Numbered from the stretch's first letter, positions 49,051 through 62,014 are shown. The stretch is DNA of 64,000 bases from Psammoneis japonica (GCA_008632985.1 QPGO01000057.1:186001-250000), one strand, 5' to 3'. The notes: generated from the sequence alone by a model not told the origin. Numbers and translations: made by a program.

Positions 49051-52000
49051 ACTGCCGACTTTGACGTCCTTGCTTTGTACTGTAGCCCTATTGAGCACCG
49101 GCATGGCATGTCGAGGGCAGGTCGTCAAACAGTGTGGGATACCGTACATAACGACAACGCTGACGTGGAAGGTCATCCTCTAAGTAATTGCGCCTTATGT
49201 ACGGTACAAATTTTATACCGAACATAAGGCGGAGGATGTAACAAGGTTATACCGTACATAAAGGCGAATTTTTACTTACTTAATGGGGTACTTTTTTGAG
49301 TCATCACACATTGCCCTTTGTCATTTTAATCAAGTTAGTCAAACACAGCTTTTTAAACCGCCGCATCGCAGTGCGCACGGAGAAGACGGATCTTGTGGCA
49401 CAAATGTCGCCAGTCTAACGCAAGCAACTAGGCCAGTGAACATAGAAAATGTGATGGCATCCCAAGCAGAAAGAATTGCTGTTGTCAGCTGTTGCTTGCT
49501 TCCTGTCTCTCTGTTGTTGTCTCTTCTTTTGCAAGTGTTCTGAGTTGACAATGCACGGGGCCGGCTCTCTGAGCTCTGGCAGCTCCTGGGAGCTGGCCAG
49601 CACTGCTGCTGCTCTTGGCTGGCACCTCACAAGCAGTGGCTGTGCACAATGATGTGCACTCTTGAGCCACCACCTGGTGCCAAGACTGCGCCAAGTTGGC
49701 TTGCTTCTCTCTGTGTGGCTTCTTGACTTTGCCCCCATGCCATCCTCATCAAAGCAAGCCTTTGTTTTCTCACCCTGCTTTTGCCGCTGCTTGTCTTGTG
49801 CTGGCACACACTGGAGATCATTTCCGGGCACCTCAGATGCTGCGTGCTTTTGAGCTTCTGCTCTTTTCATCTTTTTTTTTTTGTTGTTGTTGCTCTGGCT
49901 GCTTGCTGCTCCAACACACAGCAGAGCTGCTTTTTGCTGCTGACACTGCTGCTCTTGCCCGTGACCTTGTTGGTGCCACAGCAAAGCACTGTGCTGGAAG
50001 CTCTGCACCAAACACCAAAGCTGCAAAGACAATTGCCCAGCTCTGCAAAGAGGTCATGGAGCACATGCTTGTGCTCTCATTTGACAGAAGCAGCGCACAG
50101 CAGCAGAGAGACATCTTCAGCAAGCTCCGGTGCTTTCGCACATGCTCGGAGATTCACTGACAAGCACTGGAGCAGTTTTTTGCAAGGCACAGCTCTCAAC
50201 GACAACTGGGTCACAACCGAAAGTGGTGTTGAAAACACTTTTCAGGGAGCTGCTGCTTGGTCATGGACAACACACAGAGATTCTTGGCTGGCCTGCTGGG
50301 GCAGCAATGTGAGCTTTTGCTGGGTTGTGCTGCAAAGCATCTCACAACTGCTTGCTTTCAGCTCCCAAAACAGAGTCTCACAATTTCCCCTTTTGGCATT
50401 CTCTTCACCCCTTCCACCCAGTTCTTCAAGGCACAGCACATGCCGCTGTCCTCTGTGCAGGCTCTTGTCCCCTTTGGCGGCTTCTCTCTTCTTGCTTCCT
50501 CCTTGTGTTGCTCTGCCTCCTCTTGTGGCCTCCTCCACTGGTGCTGGTGTGGCTGGACACTTTGTTTCTGCACACGCTCCTTGTCTGCATGTTGCATTTT
50601 GCTTCACACGTTGTCCCTTGTCCTTGAGTGCAGCTGCCTTTGATGATGGTTGCTTGTGCAGTTGTTGTCAGTTCTCCCCACTTTAACACACGGGTCACTT
50701 TTGTGACATGACGACTCTTGCTTCGCTCGAGTCGAGTCAATCAAAACCTGCTGCCCACACCAGGTGAAAAAATGCCATGTCGAGGCCCGAGCTCCAGACA
50801 GAATTCTCCAGAAAATGCACGGCACTCAGCACCAACTCTGAACTGAGAACTGATCAGCGCCTCATTCACCCAAAGGTGCGCCTGTGACCTGCCTGCATCC
50901 TGCATCCTGGCACCTGGCACTGACAAAGTTCAAAGTGAACACAGTGAATCAAAGAAGACAAAGAACGGACTGCCCCATCTGAAGAGAACAAGGAATCGCG
51001 ATTCTCTGCAGCAAGAGTCAGCCGAGAATGGAGATTGAAGAAGATGCATTTTGTTTTGTCGAGTCGCCGTCGTCAGAGCATCCGGAGCTGACACATGTGC
51101 AATCGCAGTCGGCTCGCATGTGAACGCATGGGACTCCACTCCGATGTCACGTTCTTTTTGCTCCCGGGGTGGAAGACAATGTGCGAACCTCGTGCGGATT
51201 GTGAATCTTGACATTTTTGGTCTGTTCAAGTGCTTGCTGGTTTGTTCACGCACATGGCGACAGTCTCGTTGCCCTGGAGAATGGCCAACTTTTGGCACGT
51301 TTGGTTGCGGTTCACGGAAGAACACTGCAGGCCTTGATCTCTGTGCTCTTCCCACCAAAGACATTTGGAACGCAAGTGTCTTCGAACTGAATTTTTGACT
51401 TGTTCCAGCTCTGGGTGGGACCTCATGCTGCTGAACTGTGACACAATTGTTTTTCATCATCCGTCCCATGTTTTGCACATGCATTTCTGCATGTTCCATT
51501 GTAAAAAATTGTTCCACACTGCCTGTTTTGCGAAGCCAAAGGCTTTCTGTCATCTGCATTCATGTCAATGAAAATGCGCTGGGTGTGTTCTTTAATGTCT
51601 GAAGAACACACCCGGGCATGCTGCAAAGAATGCACTTCAAGTGTGGAGGAGGAGACACGTTCGCAAAATTGCCTCTTTTTCTGTTGGCTGTCATTCACAC
51701 ATCCATTGCTTGACAATTTTGCTGCGGAGCTCGCACGTAGAATTCTGCGGGCCCAATGTCACAAAAAGTCCCACCTGGGACTGGAACCCATCTTTTGTTT
51801 GTTTGGATTGATTGGTGCATTGGCATGCAAATTGTTTCGTCTCTTGTCTCATGGCCCTTGTCCCTTTCTCCTTTGAAACATGTGGCCCATCTGCTGCCGG
51901 CACAGCTGTGAGCTTCAGGCGGAACATGGATTAGAGGTCACCACATTTTTTGCAATGAGTTTCACATTTGCATTTCTTGCCTTCATGTGGATGTCATTGG

Positions 52001-52199
52001 AGACCTTCAAATTACGATGGGCGAATCCAGGGTTCTTTGCGGATGGAGAGTCTCCCGCCGACATGGTCAAGAAGCACTGGAACAGTCATTGTGGCCGCAT
52101 GTGTGGCGGTGGCAGAGCTGAAGATGAAAACAGTGACGCTGAAATGGAAACCACTGAAAGCAAAATTCAATGCCACCACGAAGACCCAACAAAGAAATC

Positions 52200-52465
52200 T
52201 TGTGGAGCACCAAACAAGAGCGAGTGCTCAATCCAGAGGAAGGGCGAGCCATCCTTGGCAATTGCGGCATTCAAGCTTGGCGAACAACAACACAACGTGC
52301 GAGACGACGAGTTGAAAAAGAGAGACAACACACCATCAAGCAAAATGAGTTGTGGAATGCCAAACAAGAGCAAGCTCTCAATCCAGAGGAGGGCAAGCCA
52401 TCCTTGGAGATTGCGGCTTCCAGCTTGGCAAACAACAACACATCGTGTGAGATGACGAGTTGTGA
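52200..52465 (+). repeat. 150-bp tandem duplication
   Basis: tgtgga...caaacaagagc...ctcaatccagagga...gccatccttgg...gcttggc.aacaacaacac occurs at 52201 and again at 52351. Confidence 0.88.
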
Positions 52466-53149
52466 CCGAAAATCGAGTGCGAAAGAAAAACGCTTTCCGA
52501 GAGATTTTGTGTTGTGACCGTTGCTAAATTTCTCAATCACTGTCATTTTTGTGTGGCTTGGCAGAATTAATGCCATGTGTTCATGTGCAGAACATTCGTG
52601 GAAGTTGGTGCTTTCAAAATTGTCGCCAATTCCTGCGCACACTTTGCGGCAACCGCAGACGCATGCAAAAGAAAAACACTGCCAAGAGGCAGGTGTGACG
52701 CCTCTCAGGGAGGCGCCGTGCATGATGTGTGTTCACAAACTGGCCAGCCAATGAATCTCCCCCATGGGCAGCCCATCGGGCTCTCACAGCAAAGAGGCTC
52801 TTGGTGCCAGACAAAAATCAGCAGGCATCAAAGGAGGCATTTGTGTGATGCATGTGCTCTGGGAACAGGGAGCAGCACAAGTTCAAAGATGACTGCACTT
52901 TTCTGTTTTCCCATCAATGCACCCAGTGGATTCAATGATGAGCTGAGCAGCAGGAGGGCCTTGATGTTGCTCACGACATGAGACATGCTTGGCCATTTTT
53001 TGCTGCTTTCAATTGTTGCAGTCATTGGGCCATTCCAGTTGTCCGCAGCCACTTTGGCGAGGTGGCCTTCTTGCTCAGTCAGCAACGGGGAAAGGTGTTG
53101 ATGCCCAAAAGTTGATCCACTGGGGCTGGCAGCATGATGCTGCAGCAGC

Positions 53150-53720
53150 CACATGGCTGGGGCTTCTTCTGCAACCAGCTCAAGACATGAGTGCTCATTT
53201 CCCCAAAATGCCCAGTCACCTCCTTCTTGGTGCGCTGATGACTCAGCAGCAGCGGGAAAATTTCAAGCAAGCAGCTCAGAAGTTCTTTCTTGCTCTGCAC
53301 AACATCAGACCCAAGCACAGTTGTCATCCTGTTGACAACTCCCAGAACATTCCAGTTGTTCCAGAGTGCAGTCTGGGGCAGAAAGCCAGGTTTGGTGGTT
53401 GATGTTGGTGCTCCAGAAGTGGGGCGCAAAATCACATCTCAACCCAAGACACCAGAACAGGTTCTGGTGGATCATGAACAAAAAAGATGCAAGCATCTCA
53501 AGCCTTGTCTTCACCAATGATGTCATTTCACACCATTTGTCACATCATGTAGTTGGCTGCTTGGCAAGGAAGCCAAGGCAATGCTCTGCATGATTGCTGC
53601 AAAGCTTGTGGACAACTGGCAAAAGCCTCGCTCAGAAGTTTGTGGCTCAATGACTTGCGCAAGAACAAGCATTGCTGTGCAGCTGGATTTGGTCATCAAT
53701 GCCCCAGGGGGGGCATGCAC
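53150..53720 (+). mobile_element. Remnant of non-LTR retrotransposon C-terminal restriction-like endonuclease region (CRE-like)
   Basis: KTPEQVLVDHEQKRCKHLKPCLHQ*CHFTPFVTSC..LLGKEAKAMLCMIAAKLVDNWQKPRSEVCG...ARTSIAV resembles the diatom RLE-type consensus from memory (E..K..KYL..C...RRHFTPFV.S.DGLLG.EA...W.KPYS.V.G...AR.SIA). Confidence 0.6.
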
Positions 53721-55949
53721 CCCGTCTTCACAAATTGGCTCCAGACATCCTCAGTGGGAAAGATGGCACTGGTTTGTTCTCCTTTGCAGCAGCGCCAAGA
53801 AACACCGAGAGCAATCTTGAGTGTGCCACATGCCAAGACAATGTGCTGACCCCCCATTTCACAAGATGCTGCTAAAACCACTCTTCAAGATGACCATCTT
53901 GCTGACCAAAAATGGCATGGCCAACAATGCTGCACTGGATGCCACTGAGTGATGCGTCCAAGAAATGTTGTTCATGCAAACTGGCACATGATGCTGGAAC
54001 TCCCTTCTGTTGCAAGCATGCCCTGTGGGATTGTCAGAAAGGATGTTTGACTGCAGATCACACTTGAAGCATTGCCCGCATGCAGGCCAGTCATGCTGGG
54101 TTTTGAAGCAGCAGCGCCAGACACACAGAAGAAAAAGAGCAACATCTGAAGGCTTGGAATCAAAAATCAGTTTTTGTTTCTTGCCCACAGTGTGACAGCA
54201 AGACAAACTTCATGACGCTCACCTGGTTGCCACATTGCTGCTCAAGATGCTGCTGAGCTTCATGTGCTGACATCAAGCTTCTGTGCACAAGCACCTTGCC
54301 AATGTGCATGTTCATGACTGCTGCAAGCACCCCGCAGCAGACTGGAGGCATCTTTTGCAGCATTGGGGGCAAAGAGAGCTGGAAAGAAGGCAACTGTGTG
54401 CATTTGATTGAGAACATTGTGGGTTCTGGTGCAGGGCATGAGCAGAAAAAGGCAGGAGCAGGGGTGGGTGATGGCCTCAGTGCTGTGCCAGGAGGGGCTC
54501 TGGGACAAGGTGTTGAGGATGCAGCAGACAAAGCAGGGGCAGTTGATGTGGGGGCAAACAGCAGCAGTGTCACTGGGTTGGAGATGGCATCATCAATGCT
54601 CTGCAGTTGAAGAAAGAAAGTTGTTTGATGCACCTTGAACTTTGTGATCAGCTGTTTCATGATGTCCCAAACATTTGAGCATGATGTTGATTCTTTGTTG
54701 GAGCTGGGCAAGATCTGGCAAGGTTGTCAAAGAGGAGTTGAGAAGGGTGCAGGGCATGTCTTTGACAGAGAGCAACACAAGGGGGAGCTGACAGATTGCC
54801 AGGGATGTTGGAAAAGGGGTTGCCAACAGCAAAAGCAGAGTGCTTTTTCAGGGCTCAGGGAATGGGCAGTGGCATCAGCAGTGGCCAGCAGCATCTGTTG
54901 TTTCTGGCACCACAGATGAACAAGGAATGTCCCCCATTGGTGGCAGTGATGTTGTGCAAGGAATTGGAGGGGGGGTCCTCATTGGAGGCAAGAAGCCTCA
55001 GACTTCAAAGCATCAGTGCAAAAAGCACTCAGTGTGCACATGTGCACAGTGTTGGTGGCTTCTTTGTCATTCTTGAAGTTGCAGCCACCACCTCCAAATT
55101 AACTCTGGCTGGGCCAACTCCAGTTCTTGCACAAGACACTTTCTCTTCCATCGCAGGTGCAACAATGGCAGCAGCACATCATTGTCTGATGGCCACAATG
55201 AAGACCTTGCTGAAGGTGCAAAAGCGCACACATGCCAGCTGATGGAAAGCTGCACATGCGCCAAACAGAAAATTTTTGGTGTGTTTGTGCTTTGCCCCCC
55301 CCCCCCCCCCTCCTCAGCAGACTGCAGCAACATGCTCAAAGGACTCTTTGTGCACCAACATTGTTGCTGAGAGAATCTGACATTTTGTCATCTGTCACGC
55401 ACCAAGGTGCACATTGCAAGAGCAGCAATTGAGGCAGCAGCACATCAGTGCTCACACAACACACAAGCCTGCATGGCGTGCCAGCTGATGAAAAAATGAC
55501 AAATGCCAAACACATGAAACATGTGGTGCACTTGTGCTTTGCCTTCTGCTGGCGAGCTGCAGCAATGTGCTGACTGGACTCCTCATGTGTGCTGTGTTCA
55601 CACCTGCATTGCAGATGAGAGAATCTGACGTTCAAGGTGGCAGCAGCATTTCAGTGCTCTGATGCATTTGATGCCATGGCAGCAGTGGATTCAGGGGCAC
55701 CTGTTTCAGAATTTTGATGAGGACATGGCTGCCAACTTTGATGAATTTGTGCAATTTTTGACCAACATCCTTAGAGCCAGTGTCCTTTGCTGCCAGGGCA
55801 GTCTTGTGACATTGCTGCTGCCAGAATCACCTGTGCTGCAAGCTTGTCATTGCCCAGTGCTGTCGGGGACTGGTCAGATGACATTGAGGAACTTGGGGAA
55901 ATTGAGGCTGTTTGCCTGCTCTCCTGCTGACACATTGGATGACACTCAA

Positions 55950-58900
55950 GAAGTGGAGCTCAAGCACCCATGGGGGGAGGCACTGTCTGGTCCATTGAGT
56001 GGTGGGTGCAAAATCCACAGCACATGGTCCAAACAGAGATGGCAGTCAGCCTCCACACAACATCTCTGCATGCTTGGCAGAGCAAACTCAATGCTGCTGG
56101 CAACAATGGCAAACAAAGAAGCAGAGTGCAGTGGGCCCAACACCTTCTTGCCTTGATGCTGTCAAACCTCCCACCAGCAACAATGAAAGAGAAGCTTGCT
56201 GCTGATCATCAAGGTGGCTGTTGCCTCTCAGCTCTCAACCCTTGGCCTGTTCAGTGCAGGGTGCGGGCTGTTTTGTGTGTGCCACAAACAAAATCTGCCC
56301 AACCATGTTTGGTGTGGCAGAGAGTGGCAACATTTGGGAACAAGGCCACAACACAGGAAATGAAAAGCACAAAGGCACAGCATGAGAATGCATGGCAGCA
56401 CAGCATCTTGCTTTGGAAGCTGGAGGCAAGTTTGCATGAGCTTTCAATTAAAAACAAACTGTGAAAGCTGCCAAGGTTTGAGCAGATGGTCTGTGCAAAA
56501 AATGCCAATGCACCCAATGGTGTGCTGCAGCAATGTGCCCTGGACACTCTGTCTGTTGCTGCCATCACAATTTTGTTGGCATTTGAAAGAACAGCAGCCA
56601 CACCGCTGAGAAATGCCAGAGACACAGGGGAGCATGAGGAGCTGTGCTGTTGACATGCTGAGTTGTTGCAAAAAGCAGCAACAAAGGGCTCCACCAAAGG
56701 CAATGTGTTGGACATTGGGCATGGCATTTTGTCACGAATGGCATGTTGACTCAACTCCAGCACCCACTTCTCAATCTGTGCCGCGTCATTTTTCCAACTC
56801 TTGGCGCTGCTTGCATTTTGCAAGCCAGGGTGAAATCATCATCCCCTCCCTTCAATTTTGCTGCTGCTGCCAAGAGAGATGCCAAAGCTGCTCTGCTGCA
56901 ACTCAGGCTTCTTTTGCATTTGTGCCACAAGAAGTTGTTCTTGTCATCTGGCAGGGGATCTTCCCAAGCTTCTGAGGCCCTCTGATCTCTGCTCTTGGCA
57001 AAAGAGCAGTGCCCCATTTGCAGGCCTCTTTTTGCAAGAGCTCAAAAGAAGCTGTGCACCACACCAAAAACTTTCTCTCTCATGCATGGAGCCAGCATCC
57101 TGCTCATTGACAAAAATGGCCCTCTCCAAAAACAGACACAGTGGCAAAATGCTGGCACACAAGTGGGCTGTCTTGTTCTTCTTGTGCTGAGCCACTGTTG
57201 TTCCTGTCAAGATGCACCTCTCCTCTTGACCATGATGCAATCTGTTGATTCTGAGTTGGCCCACTTCATTTTGGTTGTGACTTTGGCCATGACTTTGTAA
57301 AGATGATGGTTTTGAGTTGAAGCACTCATGGGAGGCAAGGCATTGACTGGTTCATTGAGTGGGTAGAAAAACCACAGAGCACAGTCCAAACAGGGGCAGC
57401 AGTCGTCCACACAACATCTCTGCACATGCTTGGCAAAACAAATTTGATGCTGGCAATGATGGTGAACAACGTGGTGGCTGCAGTGCACCATCTAACACCT
57501 TGCCTTGTTGCTGTCAAACCTCCCACCAGTGGTGACAAAAGAGGCTTGCTTTGCTGATCATGGTGGCTCTTGCTGCTCAGCTCTTTTGACCCTTCACCTG
57601 CTCAGTGTGGGATTGGGGGGGGGGGGGGTTGTGTGTGCTGCAAACAAGAAAGTCTGCAACACACAGGAAGAGAAAAGCAAGGGCAGCATTGGAGTGCATG
57701 GCAGCATCATCTTGCTTTGGAAACTGGAGGTCACCAGCACACAACAGTTTTCAGTTAAAAACAAACTGTGAAAGCTGCAGCTGCCAAGGTCTCAGCAGAT
57801 GGTCTTTGCCAAAAATGCCAGCACCACATCAAATGGTCATGTTTGCAGCAATGTTCGCTGGCTGACTGCTGACTGGACACACTCCATCTGTCTGTTGCTG
57901 CCTTCATTTTTTGTTGGCATTTGAAAAAATGACAGCAGCCACACTGCTGAGAGCTGTTGGAGAGACACACGGGAGCATGAGGCATGCTGTTCTTGACATG
58001 ATGCTGAGTCATTGCAAAAAGCAACAAAGAGCTCCAAAGAAGGCAATGTTTTGGACATTGTTGGACATTGGGCATGGCATTTTGTCACGAATGGAGTGTT
58101 GACTCAACTCCAGCATTTGCTTCTCAAGCTGTGCCGTGCCATTGTTCTGACTCTTCTTGATGCTTGCATTTTGCAAGCCAGGGTGAAATCATCATCATCT
58201 TCTTTCAACTGCACTGCTGCTGGAAAGAGAGATGCAAAAACCATTCTTCCACAACTCAGGCTTTTTTTGCAATTGCCCCAAGAAGTCATTGTCATCTGGC
58301 AGAGGATGATCTTCTTGAGCTTCTAAAACCCTCTGATCTGCTCTTGGCCAAAGAGCAGTGCCCCAGTTGCAGCCTTTTTTTTGCAAGAGCTCAAAAGAAG
58401 CTGTGCACCACACCAAAAGCCCTCTCCCTCATGCATGTGGAGCCAACAGCCAGCAGCAGCATCACTGTCAAAAACGACCCTTCCCAATGACAGACAGTGG
58501 CAAAATGCTGGCATGCAAGTGGGCTGTCTTGCCCCTCTTTTGCCAAAGAGCTGGTGTTGTTCTCTCATCAAGATGCACCTCTCTTGACCGTGATGCACTC
58601 TGTTGATTCTAAGTTGATTTGAATCATTTTGTTTGCAACTTTGCAAAGATGATGATTTTGAGCTCAAGTGCTCATGCTGGGAGGCAAGGCACCAACTGTT
58701 CCATGATTGAGAGGGTGGAAAAAACACAANNNNNNNNNNNNNNNNNNNNNNNNNNNNNNNNNNNNNNNNNNNNNNNNNNNNNNNNNNNNNNNNNNNNNNN
58801 NNNNNNNNNNNNNNNNNNNNNNNNNNNNNNNNNNNNNNNNNNNNNNNNNNNNNNNNNNNNNNNNNNNNNNNNNNNNNNNNNNNNNNNNNNNNNNNNNNNN

Positions 58901-59950
58901 NNNNNNNNNNNNNNNNNNNNNNNNNNNNNNNNNNNNNNNNNNNNNNNNNNNNNNNNNNNNNNNNNNNNNNNNNNNNNNNNNNNNNNNNNNNNNNNNNNNN
59001 NNNNNNNNNNNNGCACAGGCAGAGTGTGGCAACACTTGGGCAAGGCTGTGACACAGAAAGAGAAAAGTGCAGCTGGCGTGAGGAGAATGTGCAGCAGCAC
59101 AGCATGTTGCTTTGATTGAAAGCTGCTGGAAGTCAGTGTGCAGCGGCTGCTTGAACAAGAGCTGTGAAAAGCCACCTGCCAAGGCTGTTTGAGAAGACGG
59201 CTGTTGCAAAAAATGCTGGCATGCCCAATGCTGCGCAGCAATGTGTGCTGGACACTCCATCTTTTGCTGTCATCATTTTCTTGGCATTTGCAAGAGCAAG
59301 GGGCCCACACCACCATTGACAGCCGTTAGACACCCACAGGAGAGCATGGGGTCATTGGCTCGTCAAGCTCTTCTTGTTGCAAAAGCATTTTGAAGCCCCT
59401 CAAGAAGGCAACATTTGGAGCTTGGAGCGGCACGGCTTTGTCATGAATTTGAGCTTTGGCTGAGTTTCAGCATGCACTTCTTGAGTTGTGCCATGCAATT
59501 TTCCAGCTTGTGCTTCTTGCAAAGTGCGACACTGAGAAAAGCTGTGCTTGGCCACAATGTCCCACCAGCAGGCTTCTTCTCTTGGATCTTTCACAAAAAG
59601 TGTCCAAGACACTCCAACTCATCCTTTGCTCTTGACAGAAAAGCTGCCCCCTTGTGCAACTTTTCTTTTTGCAAGAGCTCAAAAGAAGTGACACAGCACA
59701 CATGCCAGAGCTCTCCAACTCCATTGCACGTGTGTGGTGTGAGCCCGCAGCACAGCCCCTCATTTTGGCAAAAACAGCCTCTCAACCACAGGCAGTGGCA
59801 AAAACCACCAGGCAGCGCACAAGTGGAGCAAGTGCCTTGTTTTTTGCGGTTGCCAAAACCACTCTTTTCACATCAAGAAAAATGCATCTCTCTCTTGACC
59901 AACAAAGTTTCGATGCGGTTTTGATTCCGAGTGGATCCGCGTCATTTTGG
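55950..59950. repeat. Three diverged tandem copies of a ~1.3-1.35 kb unit
   Basis: Shared anchors: cacaacatctctgca (56057, 57409), aaacaaactgtgaaagctgc (~56452, ~57759; related ~59162), gcaagagctcaaaagaag (57033, 58383, 59671). Confidence 0.85.
58730..59012. other. Assembly gap (N run)
   Basis: Run of n characters. Confidence 1.
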
Positions 59951-60306
59951 TCGTGACTTCTTCTCGAAGATGACGGGTGAACTTCCGAATGCCTTTAGGA
60001 AGTTGAAGGTCAGATAAAAAGCACGGTGTGTCAGTGCTTTTGCTGACGTGTCAGAAAGCCCTATCACCTAATTCTTGATGACGTGTCTCGACACTCGATC
60101 AACGTCAGAACGGTTGACAAGATCGATTCTGAGCATTTTGTGGATGACTGGCTGGCGGAAAGCGAGTTCGTATCCGCATTGTCACGTCAAGCGCATTTTG
60201 GAGTCGTGGTGTATTGTTGTTCACTTCTTGCCAATCCTGCTTTCGGTGTGATTGTCAAGAAGCACACAACTCTCAACTACAACTACTCGTTCTTTACACA
60301 ATAATC

Positions 60307-61847
60307 ATGAAATACCCCACTCGCTTTCGTTTGTTGGCGTTGCTGAGCTTTCTGTTTGCTGTAGCGACCGTGGTGGTTCTCGCTCTGGCTCCAGTCATGG
60401 CGAGTCGCAGTCCGGTTGGCGATACGTTTTTCGCAGCCGACGATCGTACCTTTGCGTACGCGGGTCGGTGGGAGCTGAATGAACGTGTTGCCAAGGCGGA
60501 TTGGCCCTGCAGTGGCGTTCAGTTTAGCGTCACGGCTGCGTCGTCGTCAGAAGAGTCCTTTTTCATTTCCCTCAAGCTCAATCTTCATCGAGTCCGCGTC
60601 AAGGTGGCCGTCAGCAACAGCATTACCGGTGCTGTGGAAAGCGAAACGATCCTCGAGGGCAACAGTATTATCGATTATGAGAAGAACTACAATGTCATGA
60701 TTGACAACAAGAGCGGAGCAGGAACCTATGTGGTCTCTCTCACCAAGCTGACGCAGGCATCTCCGTATGGAAACGGGGTTGGAAAGATGTTCAAGTCGAT
60801 TCTCGAGTTTTACGGAGTGGACGTCGATGGTAGGGTGGCGACTCTTGGCGAAGCACCGCTACCGTCACGGCGGATTTCCGTAATTGGCGCAAGTGACACG
60901 GCTGGATACTGTGTAGACGGCTCTCCCGAAACGAGCGACTCGCACATCAACCCGTGGAGGTACGGCAATTGCGACATGACAAGTCACGGGGTCTTGGGGA
61001 AGCGTCTCAAGGCAGAGACGAGTGTTCAGGCCATTGCTGGCATTGGTTTGACGCAAAACGCCTATGCCGAGAAACCCATTCTGCTTGGAAAAGACACCAT
61101 GCCGGATTACTTTGATAGAAGACTTCAGACCGAAGAGGAGCGCATGAAGGACATGACCCAATGGCGCCCTGATGTGGTCATGGTATCGTTGGGCGGGAAC
61201 GACTTTAATCATCAAAAGGTGGTTCCTTCGAACGAGACGTTTGCTTCTGCCTATGAAGACTTTTTACTCCGAGTCGCCACGCCCTACATGAGCGAGGGTG
61301 AGACGACTCCCACGATTGTCAGCATTTGTGGCCAAGGCGATCCTACCGAGTCTGCAAGAGACCCCAACAATGACCGTTGCCGACCCTGTCCGCACGTGGA
61401 AGCGGCAGTGGAATCCTTCCGTGCCAAGCACGGCGAGACCATCCGAGCCGAGTATGTTTTATCCCCTGCGATGGCTCTGTCGTGACGGGCAAGGATGACA
61501 TTGGCTGTGACGGACACAAGAACCAGCTCGGACAAAAGAGAGTGGCTGACTTTTTGGAGCCTCACCTTCGAGATATTATGGACTGGCCCAAGGAATCGGA
61601 TGACGAGACTGATCCGTTGTTGGTCCCGTTCCAGTGCTCAAGGTGGTTGCCGCCAAGGACGACTTTTGCTTTTCCCCGCTTGGCGGTATTGCCATGGCTG
61701 TCTCTTTGCAGTCCTGGCCATTCGGATAAGCGAGAAGCCACGAGAAGCGGGCCTTATGAAGAAGCTGCTACTTCGGAAATTGAAGCTACTGTCATGGCCA
61801 GCAAGGTCGAGGATGACGAAGAATCCACTCTTGCTACGGTTCTCTAG
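60307..61847 (+). CDS. Secreted SGNH/GDSL esterase, carbohydrate esterase family 2-like; apparent 1-nt frameshift at ~61460
   Basis: Signal/TM MKYPTRFRLLALLSFLFAV; YAGRW...DWPCSG; ISVIGASDTAGY (block I), AIAGIG, VSLGGNDF (block III), and GCDGHKN in the shifted frame (block V). Confidence 0.8.
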
Positions 61848-62014
61848 AGAGTTTCTTCAAGCGGAGAAGCTGCTTCAGGATACGCCCAAGCGAGACCACG
61901 ATGGTCTCGATCCGCTCTCTCCCAAGTGTCTCTCCCGTATGATATCTACCTTTGTTGCATTGGAATCCTTTGCACGTCTTTCGACCTAGATTTTTGACCT
62001 GGATAACTTTTGAA

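Larger units (their letters stand above)
49450..60050. repeat. Large TpA-depleted block of nested degenerate repeats and TE remnants
   Basis: Near absence of TA, excess TG/CA, Tyr-free ORF peptides; contains the elements listed separately. Confidence 0.8.

Noticed and set aside
49135..49270. Three copies of ataccg(t/a)acataa as a CRISPR-like or regulatory array
   Set aside because: Only ~13 bp, irregularly spaced and in a eukaryotic context. They could be subterminal repeats of a TE end, but this is unsupported.
7380..60050. Alternative genetic code or foreign (viral/HGT) DNA with TA avoidance
   Set aside because: The blocks contain broken host-type TEs and a mutated copy of a sequence that is normal elsewhere in the window. 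The depletion is frame-independent.
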